From: an uncultured Pirellulaceae bacterium
Lineage (GTDB): Bacteria > Planctomycetota > Planctomycetia > Pirellulales > Pirellulaceae
Direction of reading: 5' to 3'
Length of the DNA: 64,000 nt
Assembly: GCA_964411445.1 (NCBI GenBank)
Contig: CAYPLE010000004.1
Span: forward strand, 28,447-92,446
In this document: positions 19,167 through 26,584 of the stretch, one piece after another
How positions within the stretch are numbered: the first letter of the stretch is position 1
Layout of the letters: each line of letters opens with the position of its first letter
Notes under the pieces: generated by a model
Seen by the model: the letters and a program-made list of their open reading frames with translations, nothing else
Database searches by the model: none
Told to the model about the DNA's origin: nothing
Made by a program: the position numbers and the translations under genes

Positions 19167-20609
19167 TCAGTAAGCTCCCTCTCTCAGCAGTACGACACGA
19201 ATGGTGACCACCAAGATGCATATGTCGAGCCACAGGGACCAATTGCGGACATAGTAGCTATCCAGTTCAACACGTTGATCGTAGGTCGTATTGTTGCGTC
19301 CAGACACTTGCCACAGTCCGGTAACGCCAGGGGTGACCCTTAGATATAAATCCAAGGCATTTCCATACTTATCAGCCTCGGCTTGCACGATTGGCCGAGG
19401 TCCCACAAGACTCATTTCGCCCACGATTACGTTCCATATCTGCGGTAGCTCGTCCAGGCTCGTCTTTCGCAGCAAGCTGCCAATCCAAGTGACTCGGGGA
19501 TCATTCTTTAGCTTGTGATCTGCTTCCCACTCGCGACGCATCTCTTCGTTTTCATTCAAATACTGCTTGAGCACCTGATCTGCGTTCGGAACCATCGTTC
19601 GGAACTTCCACGCTCGGAAGACTCTGCCGTGTTTGCCGATCCGTTCTTGACCGTAGAAAATCGGCCCCCTGGACGTGAACCGAACCAGAGCGCACAGGCA
19701 CAGAAAGAGCGGTGACAATAAGAGCATCACCATCACGGCGACTGCGACGTCCGTGGCTCGCTTCATCGCAAGCAACCACCCCGAAGCAACGATCCCCTTG
19801 TACTGAATTCCAGATATACCAACAGTGTCAAACACGCTCGCGTGCTGCGTTGGCAGGGTTAGCGCGTCCTGGACGACGAGCGTATTGGGTACTCGGCGGG
19901 AAACATAGGATGCTAGCTCGCGAACTTCTCCGCGATGCTCTTCGGCCGCGAAGACAAACCAACTGACTTTGTTCGAACGAATCAACGACTGAATACTGTC
20001 ACGCTTCGCTTCTTCGAAAATGCAGATCGGGTTCAACCCAAGGCTAGGCTTAGACTTCAGCCGTCGGAAAACGTTCAGTGCCAGTTCGCCATCGCCGAAG
20101 ACAATGGTCGGCGCTGGCCACCAATTCGTCTTACTCAGAACTCCGCGAAGTGCTGCCCTGGCTACGGGAAGGCAAAACGTAAGAGCGATCCACAGACTAG
20201 CAAGCCCGAGAAACACCAGGGGACTTGAGTCGCCCATGAATTTGGAAACGCCAAAAGCGAGCACCAAAATCGAGATCACAATCGTGCTCAGGCGGACTTC
20301 TTCCGTAGAATTCCAGACTGCACCGGAGTGGAGGCCAACGATACTATTGCTGAGCAGCAGCACCAGGGCTACAACCGGAATCTCTAAACCGGTCAACACG
20401 GGATGAATTGCGTTGGCAATAGCCGTGATGGCAAAGAAACACGCCAAGTCGAGTGCGCCGAAGCACAGGCGATTGAGGATTCGACGCGTCGCATCGCTAA
20501 CCGTAGAATGCTTGAGCGCCGTTCGCGATGCGGGCTCACGAGCTGAGACTTGCTCGCCAACAGACGGCGAAACCGCGTATTCTTGCGGCATCAGATCTTG
20601 GGAATTCAT
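19167..20609 (-). CDS. wbaP: Undecaprenyl-phosphate hexose-1-phosphate transferase, WbaP-like (initiating enzyme)
   Basis: N-terminal TMs and a C-terminal bacterial sugar transferase domain: 'KRATD', '[11 protein letters not shown]', 'KFRTM', 'KNDPRVT', '[11 protein letters not shown]', '[12 protein letters not shown]'. Start at 20609 or 20591; sugar specificity is inferred. Confidence 0.85.
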   Translation of the reverse strand: MNSQDLMPQEYAVSPSVGEQVSAREPASRTALKHSTVSDATRRILNRLCFGALDLACFFAITAIANAIHPVLTGLEIPVVALVLLLSNSIVGLHSGAVWNSTEEVRLSTIVISILVLAFGVSKFMGDSSPLVFLGLASLWIALTFCLPVARAALRGVLSKTNWWPAPTIVFGDGELALNVFRRLKSKPSLGLNPICIFEEAKRDSIQSLIRSNKVSWFVFAAEEHRGEVRELASYVSRRVPNTLVVQDALTLPTQHASVFDTVGISGIQYKGIVASGWLLAMKRATDVAVAVMVMLLLSPLFLCLCALVRFTSRGPIFYGQERIGKHGRVFRAWKFRTMVPNADQVLKQYLNENEEMRREWEADHKLKNDPRVTWIGSLLRKTSLDELPQIWNVIVGEMSLVGPRPIVQAEADKYGNALDLYLRVTPGVTGLWQVSGRNNTTYDQRVELDSYYVRNWSLWLDICILVVTIRVVLLREGAY

Positions 20610-20917
20610 TAAAAAGTGGTCCAGCTTGGGGCTATCTGGAAAGTGCGGACTACGAACACGGACTACCCAAAATCTGTGGACGAATGACGTATTGCTGCCG
20701 CTTCGCTCCTCGCTGAAGATTCTCATGGGGGCTGAACAACGGCTACGTAGAGTCAAGCTAATTAGCAAGATTTCAACATCAATAGTCAGCTTCGGTGTTG
20801 CCACAATTTGCCGAGGGTTTACCGACCAACTTCCACTTGAGAGTGCAACTTTGCGGCTTCTACGGCCTTTGCTGTTCCTTCAGCGCGACCCAAGAGGTAT
20901 TGCTCGCCGCCCATTTC

Positions 20918-20967
20918 GGGGGCTTCCCATTGACCTTTCCCGTAAGGTCTACTTGCCGCGAGCCCCC
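20918..20967. other. Two-stem GC-rich hairpin upstream of the polysaccharide/NRPS operon
   Basis: GGGGGCT (20918-20924) pairs with AGCCCCC (20961-20967), enclosing GACCTT (20932-20937) / AAGGTC (20944-20949). Function unknown. Confidence 0.4.
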
Positions 20968-21168
20968 CGGAAAATTTGAAGGGCGGCTGTTCCGGCAGAG
21001 CCTCCCTGCGAGGGCGAATCAGAATTTGAGAGGCGCACGTCACGTCAGCTTTTGATCACGGATGCCCGAGCGTTAAACTCTGATTGCCCGGCCTCGCTGC
21101 CAGGATCGAACCCCATCCTTCTATCACTGTCTCAAATATCTGCCCGACATACTGGGTTGGAAGTCATC

Positions 21169-21636
21169 ATGAAACGAAAACGCTGGCTGATCCCAGTCGC
21201 TTTGCTGCTGACCGCTTACTTAGGAGTTCAAGTCATGAATGCGACGTCCAAGCCGCTGCTCGCCCTGGGAGTAACGAACGGCAAGTTGGCAGCTTGCCCC
21301 GATAAGCCGAATTGTGTTTCTTCGCAAGCGACCGCGAATGAACACAAGATTGCTCCGCTTCAGTTCGAAGGCGAAGCTAATGCGGCCTGGACGGCGCTGA
21401 AAAGCGTCGTTGCAGCCTATCCGAGAGCCAAGGTTGTCAGCGAGCAGGACAACTACCTGCGCTGTGAATTCCGAACCTGGATCATGCGTTACGTCGACGA
21501 CGTAGAATTTTTGATGGACGCGGACCAATCCGTCATTCACGTTCGCTCCGCGTCGCGCATTGGCTATTCCGACTTAGGCGCCAATCGAAAACGCATCGAA
21601 CAACTTCGCACCGCCTTTGACAGCACGCTGGACTGA
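21169..21636 (+). CDS. DUF1499 domain-containing protein
   Basis: N-terminal TM, 'LAACPDKPNCVSSQ', 'YVDDVEF' and 'HVRSASRIGYSDLGANRKRIEQLR'. ATG at 21169. Confidence 0.9.
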   Translation: MKRKRWLIPVALLLTAYLGVQVMNATSKPLLALGVTNGKLAACPDKPNCVSSQATANEHKIAPLQFEGEANAAWTALKSVVAAYPRAKVVSEQDNYLRCEFRTWIMRYVDDVEFLMDADQSVIHVRSASRIGYSDLGANRKRIEQLRTAFDSTLD

Positions 21637-21757
21637 TGACAACTTCGAGTGGCCTGAATCCGTTGACGACACTCCACAGAGGGGCTACCATCTACACCCC
21701 ATGTCGATGACGTAAGGTGATCAGAACGAAAGCGCTCAAGAGGATTCAGACTGATGT
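21623..21757. repeat. 135-bp direct repeat, copy 1
   Basis: Matches 23469-23603 by manual alignment: 127 bp identical, one mismatch (A21750 vs G23596), then 7 more matches. Includes the last 14 nt of the DUF1499 gene. Confidence 0.97.
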
Positions 21758-21962
21758 TAAGAAGCTGAAGGTCCCTACTCCCCGGCCTGGAGCGGAATCA
21801 ACCTGACGCTCCAGCTCAGTCCAATTGCTGGATACGCTGGAGGTGAAGAAGCACCATTGTATTAAGATCCTGTTCATTTCTCGGTCAGTTGAGTGCATTG
21901 CTGCGAGAACGGCTTCAAATACGGATATCTTCAGCTTCATCTACACCGGTGCGGTGCAGAAC

Positions 21963-22859
21963 ATGACCAATTCTCGCTCAAAGCTGGATCCTACCACCGT
22001 GGCCAACAGGAAACTTCGCTTCGGCTTCACTCTACTTGAGTTGCTGACCGTCATTGCCATCATTGGCATCTTGCTAGCGCTCCTTTCGATGGGCATCCAA
22101 GCTGTTCGAGGTGCTTCGAGAAAGATGAGTTGTTCAAACAACCTTCGGCAAATTGGGCTCGGGCTAACAAACTACGATGCAGTTCATGGTTGTTTCCCCG
22201 CAGGGGCGGGGCCAATGGGACATAGTCCCTTGGTGTCGATACTCCCCTACGTAGAGGAGTCGAATCTGTATTTACGACTCGATCTGACTAAGGACGTTAC
22301 CGAGAACTTCGCAGTGATGGAGTCACCGATTTCGACATTTCGTTGTCCGTCGATCGTTGATGATAGAATCTACCGTACCGACTATATGCTCAATCGAGGT
22401 GTGACGTTGGGGGATACTCGGAACGGCCCTTGGTTCTTCCAAGAACCGACATTTCCCCGGCCCGGTAACTATTCGAACGGTGCTACAGAAACCGCTCTAT
22501 TTGCAGAAGGAAGCCCCAACACGACTAAGTATGGACGGCTTTACGAGCTCCCGCGAAGATCAATAGATACAACCCAGGACTCAGATCGTTTCGTGAGTGA
22601 TTGCCTGGCAGTCTCGACGGGCCGATTTTCGCAGCTAGAAAACGGCGAGTGTTGGTATGGGGCAGGAACGATGAACTATTACCATGCATTGCAGCCAAAC
22701 AGCCGCTCATGCTCCAACGGTACGTCCATCCAAACGAGCCTATTTACAGGCAACAGCCTTCACGGTTCTGGAATAAATGTGCTCTACGCAGATGCACACG
22801 TAGAGTTTGTCGCCAACAAAATTGATCTCAAGATTTGGCAAAAATCCGGTAAGCGATAG
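21963..22859 (+). CDS. DUF1559 domain protein with prepilin-type N-terminal cleavage/methylation motif
   Basis: 'GFTLLELLTVIAIIGILLALL', 'CSNNLRQIGLGL.NY', 'FRCPS', and C-terminal 'HGSGINVLYADAHV' (H-X9-DG motif with DA in place of DG). ATG at 21963. Confidence 0.9.
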   Translation: MTNSRSKLDPTTVANRKLRFGFTLLELLTVIAIIGILLALLSMGIQAVRGASRKMSCSNNLRQIGLGLTNYDAVHGCFPAGAGPMGHSPLVSILPYVEESNLYLRLDLTKDVTENFAVMESPISTFRCPSIVDDRIYRTDYMLNRGVTLGDTRNGPWFFQEPTFPRPGNYSNGATETALFAEGSPNTTKYGRLYELPRRSIDTTQDSDRFVSDCLAVSTGRFSQLENGECWYGAGTMNYYHALQPNSRSCSNGTSIQTSLFTGNSLHGSGINVLYADAHVEFVANKIDLKIWQKSGKR

Positions 22860-22890
22860 ATCAGTGACTCTTATCGGTGCGGGCAGTTGA

Positions 22891-23367
22891 TTAAGGCAGA
22901 ACACTGCAGTTAACCTTGGCAAAAATTCCATGTCTGTCTTTGAGCACGAGCAGAGCATTGTCGTGGCTTAGATTCGGCAGATCGGCGGTAAAAGAGATTT
23001 CGAGAATCCCCCGTCTGAGCCGGATCGCGTTTGTAGAACCGCTCTGTAAATTGAATGCCTCATCGGACTTCCAAAAGTTGAAGGTAACCCTCTTTGGTAG
23101 ACTTATACCCTCCGGCCTCTCCACGAAAACGACTAGGTCGTGCTGCTCGCCTGCTTGGAAAACATAAGGCTCGTCAGCCTCCACGCCATCGATCATTATT
23201 TTGAGTACTTCGCCTTCAAATTCCGGGGTCTTCTCCGCTGAAAAGATCGGTGGCGGTTGCGGGGCCGACTTCCAAAACGGAAGAAACGCGATGATCCCCG
23301 CAATCAGAATGAAGACGATCGAAGAGAGAATCAAACGCTTGGCGGATGCAACCATGGCCAAAATCAA
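22891..23367 (-). CDS. Hypothetical protein with N-terminal membrane anchor
   Basis: 158-aa ORF with one hydrophobic segment, a Pro-rich linker and a beta-rich soluble domain. It fills the space between the DUF1559 gene and repeat copy 2. No family recognised. Confidence 0.6.
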   Translation of the reverse strand: MILAMVASAKRLILSSIVFILIAGIIAFLPFWKSAPQPPPIFSAEKTPEFEGEVLKIMIDGVEADEPYVFQAGEQHDLVVFVERPEGISLPKRVTFNFWKSDEAFNLQSGSTNAIRLRRGILEISFTADLPNLSHDNALLVLKDRHGIFAKVNCSVLP

Positions 23368-23468
23368 TCTGACAATGTGGTGTAACTGTTGAAGGCTTCG
23401 GTTCTTTCGGAGGCGGGATGCCGCTATCTCTTGGCCGTGAACGTCGAACTCGCTTTAAAGATTGGCCT

Positions 23469-23603
23469 GCACGCTGGACTGATGACAACTTCGAGTGGCC
23501 TGAATCCGTTGACGACACTCCACAGAGGGGCTACCATCTACACCCCATGTCGATGACGTAAGGTGATCAGAACGAAAGCGCTCAAGAGGATTCAGGCTGA
23601 TGT
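23469..23603. repeat. 135-bp direct repeat, copy 2
   Basis: Offset 1846 bp from copy 1. Contains the ATG (23600) of the downstream gene and an internal inverted repeat GCCTGAATCC (23498-23507) / GGATTCAGGC (23588-23597). Confidence 0.97.
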
Positions 23604-23971
23604 CCAAACCACGAAAAGGTCTTGTTGTTCTCGCCGGAGTTTCCTCGATCCTCTTCGCGGTCATCATGCTCGCGATGGCGGGACTCATGTTTGCTCTGGA
23701 GAGCCCGGTGGGATTGTGCATCCTGTTCGGTTCATTCTCAATTCTTCCCATACTGATCGCGGTCGCCTGCTTTGCTCCACGAATGCGATCCGTGGCACTT
23801 CGGATTCTCGGCGGGATTGCCTGCCTCGTTTGTTGCCTGGTTCTTATTCAGAGCATCGTTGCTCGCGTGAACGGCGAGCCAACAGAAGTGAGGCGATTGG
23901 GATTCGTGGGCGTGGCCATGGTCGGTTCGGGAATTATGGCTTGGAAAGGAAAATGGCCAGGAGCCGAATAG
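23600..23971 (+). CDS. Hypothetical membrane protein (about 4 TM)
   Basis: 123 aa, almost entirely hydrophobic helices. No family recognised. Confidence 0.65.
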   Translation: MSKPRKGLVVLAGVSSILFAVIMLAMAGLMFALESPVGLCILFGSFSILPILIAVACFAPRMRSVALRILGGIACLVCCLVLIQSIVARVNGEPTEVRRLGFVGVAMVGSGIMAWKGKWPGAE

Positions 23972-24318
23972 GAGTCGCCACCGACTCCAAATTGAGCACT
24001 ATTGCATTCTAATTCGTCGACACAGCGGCGTTTGGTTATTTCGGTCCACAACAATTCGAACATCGGAAACTTTTTGACACGCAGCAAGCATGGTGGACCT
24101 GTCTTCGTCAGAGCCGTTTGTTAATTTCTCGCTGTCTGAGCGAAGCAAGCGGCTTCGCTGCCGAGCCTGATTCGCTAAGCTCCCTTTGCTAGTTACCTTT
24201 CTTAATTGGATGACGCCCCTGTCCACTTTTGGGGTGTATCACGATGCCCCCAGAGCACTAGATTGATGCAGTGCTTGAGGAGTTTTTGCGTAGTCGTCCC
24301 ACAGAATGCGGCCGTTCC

Positions 24319-24812
24319 TTATTGGATTCGTTTCAGGTGCATATAGCCGCAACCCCCGATCGTTGCATCGTCGAAACCGTTGGGGGCAGGCTCATTGGCG
24401 CTCGTTGCCTCAATGATCTCAACCTCGTCTGTACGAAGAAAACGCAGCAGGCCATTTCTTGGACCTGCCCCGCCCATTGAAACAAGGTCTTCACTCCCTG
24501 CAATTTGGAACGGAATAGACCCGTCCGCGTTTGAATTCATGATTTGGAATTCAACAGGTTCCGAGCCCTGGCCCTTTGGCCCTTTGGCCATTCAGCCATC
24601 CCATCATTGCCAATCTTGACAGTGCATCCTTCGCGGTCCGTATCCTGTTCTCCATAAAGCGTCGCTTTGACAACCTCCCAGTTCCCGTAAATCGCCTCAC
24701 GATTCGGTATGAACTCCTCCATCTCAGGTTGTGGTGCGCTGGTTTCGAGTTTTGCGTTTCCTGAGCAGCCTGCCAAATAGAGCAGACAGATGCAGACAAA
24801 AATCCTTGCCAT
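24319..24812 (-). pseudogene. Frameshifted lipoprotein gene (resembles the planctomycete TIGR03067-type domain)
   Basis: GAGG RBS then ATG 24812, lipobox LAGC, 'GNWEVV'. ORFs 24537-24812 and 24319-24591 join into one 161-aa frame if one 8-bp unit at 24572-24587 is removed. The domain call is a loose resemblance. Confidence 0.75.
24572..24587. repeat. 8-bp tandem duplication (CCCTTTGG)x2 causing a frameshift
   Basis: Read directly: ccctgg-ccctttgg-ccctttgg-cc at 24566-24589. Confidence 0.9.
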
Positions 24813-24894
24813 AGTTATTTCCTCACTTAGTTGTCTTAAGGCTCAATTTCCCATAACCGCAACGTTCGCTTATTGGGCTTGCATCCCAAATTTG

Positions 24895-26232
24895 TTAGGA
24901 GCCGGTTGGGCTAATCTGCCAGACTCGAATTCTGCGGACAAGCGATGCGATGCCGTAGCCATACTCAATCGTGAGCACCAGAAAACCGGATTCTGTGGGG
25001 ACCACGTCAGCTATGGCTGTCGCTCCCTTCGTGTTATCCAAGTACCAGATTGGCTGTGGATTGCGAGGATCGTTGGAGATCAGCATCCGATCGCCCAGGG
25101 TGGACATGTGCTCCTCCAATGTCCCGTACTTGTGGTAGGACGAATAGAAAGTTGGATCCACTTGCATGCGTTCAACGAGCCTATCCAAGTCACCGGGTGC
25201 GGGTCCACCTCGAAAACGAAAAACGCGATTGCCTTGCTTCTGCGGAAAATAGTGACTTCGGAAAGGAGCATCGGCAATTGGATTAATACGGTGCTCGTCT
25301 ACGCTGTTGGATTTCGCAACCTTGGGGTGGAAGAGGGTCCTCAGTCTTGCGAAACTGATAACGCATGCATTCATTTCGTGATCCAGGCTGTGCGTTTTCA
25401 GGTTCACAGTCGCTCGACGGACAGTGAACTCGCCGTCTCCTTTACCGCGACTTGCATATACCAGGAATAGTTGGTCGTTTACCCACTCGAGACCGCCCAC
25501 CAGTCCGTCAACTTGGATGCGGATTTCCGGTGGGTTACTACTATCGGCGGCTAGCTTACTACGATCAATCAAACGCATTATTGTCTGGGGCTTAGTGAAT
25601 CTGTTGTTTCTTGGAATACCTTTCTTATTCAATACCGGTCGCTCACGCTCCAGAACAACCAGATGGTTTGACTCTTCCAAGAATTGCGTTCCCAAACCGT
25701 CACCATAGAACACCGGTAGCGACCATGTGACTTCCCAAGCAAGCCAATCCTTGGGTTCCGCCAAATAGTCCAATCGCCCATGGGCGCCGCCGGGAATGTG
25801 CAGGGAGCCAATTCTGCCTCCATTTGGGCTCTCTATCGGGAATGAAACCACAAATAAACCACCAGTTTGTGGGCATGTCCAGCACGACATAAAGCCAGTG
25901 TGCTCATAAACAACTTGATGCTTCTTGGTCTTTGTGTTCACTACAAATATTTTCTTGCCATCTCGCACCACGGCATGGCTACCGTCGAAGCTCAGTGCAG
26001 CATCCCAGAAATATGCCTCGTCGCGGTGTGACGCTTCCCACTCATACAGAGGCTCAGGCGCGGGAATCACCCGCTGCCCGACCACTTGCCTAGGAGTGCT
26101 AGTGGCACTTACAACAACCAGGAGTACCAACGCCCAATATATTGGACGACCAAGTAGTAGAGCTTCACGCAACATAGCTTTCCCTACAAGTCTCAAACGG
26201 AATGGTTCGGGCCTCGGATTGACGTCAGCCAA
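24895..26232 (-). CDS. Hypothetical exported protein, possible beta-propeller
   Basis: 445-aa ORF with an N-terminal hydrophobic segment and WD40-like strands ('ALSFDGSHAVV', 'GGLEWVND', terminal 'IRVWQI'). Start may be downstream (MLREALL). Confidence 0.65.
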   Translation of the reverse strand: MADVNPRPEPFRLRLVGKAMLREALLLGRPIYWALVLLVVVSATSTPRQVVGQRVIPAPEPLYEWEASHRDEAYFWDAALSFDGSHAVVRDGKKIFVVNTKTKKHQVVYEHTGFMSCWTCPQTGGLFVVSFPIESPNGGRIGSLHIPGGAHGRLDYLAEPKDWLAWEVTWSLPVFYGDGLGTQFLEESNHLVVLERERPVLNKKGIPRNNRFTKPQTIMRLIDRSKLAADSSNPPEIRIQVDGLVGGLEWVNDQLFLVYASRGKGDGEFTVRRATVNLKTHSLDHEMNACVISFARLRTLFHPKVAKSNSVDEHRINPIADAPFRSHYFPQKQGNRVFRFRGGPAPGDLDRLVERMQVDPTFYSSYHKYGTLEEHMSTLGDRMLISNDPRNPQPIWYLDNTKGATAIADVVPTESGFLVLTIEYGYGIASLVRRIRVWQISPTGS

Positions 26233-26584
26233 CGTGATTTACGATTCAAGATACATAGCTAAACGAAGGCCACGTGCCACGCCTGATCGTATAGCGTCTG
26301 AGCGTGCAATTGAGTGTCTCCGGGCCAAGACGTAATACGCAGTAAGAAGGGACGCCTATCCATTTCTCGGTGAATCGTCTTGAACAGGCAGAAGTTTTTA
26401 ACAAATCCTAGCGGCGAAGTCAAACAAATTGTTCTGGAATTTCGACGCAACACCCACTGCCCCCCAGAAGAGCGTTTTAACGGGGGAAGGGAAATTCGAA
26501 AGCAAATGCATTTGCGTCTATTCGCGTTGGCGATTCGCTGGGTCGTAACAACCCACCACATCTGTGCGACTTGCGCGAGTAGCG

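Noticed and set aside
20788-20803. Possible sigma-54 promoter (TGGCAAC-N-AAGCT, minus strand) before the wbaP-like gene
   Set aside because: GG-N10-GC spacing fits, but the -12 element lacks the conserved TTGC. Too weak without TSS data.
20800-20970. RNase P/tmRNA/riboswitch-like look of the EPS upstream region (contains CGGTAAACCC on the minus strand)
   Set aside because: The other universally conserved RNase P, tmRNA, SRP or cobalamin-riboswitch motifs are absent. Kept only as an unassigned hairpin.
20819-21043. 74-aa ORF upstream of the wbaP-like gene (possible leader peptide)
   Set aside because: No RBS or recognisable features, and it coincides with the GC-rich hairpin region. Not supportable as a CDS.
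21632-21756. Box C/D-like motifs (TGATGA...CTGA) in the repeat
   Set aside because: C/D guide RNAs are archaeal/eukaryotic, and the motifs are explained by the stop and start codons at the repeat ends.
21623-23603. CRISPR array or integron attC interpretation of the direct repeats
   Set aside because: Only two copies, 135 bp long and 1.7 kb apart. No cas or intI gene, and no RYYYAAC/GTTRRRY ends.
24790-25470. 226-aa plus-strand ORF
   Set aside because: Antisense shadow of the longer 445-aa ORF and of the lipoprotein start; no recognisable motifs.
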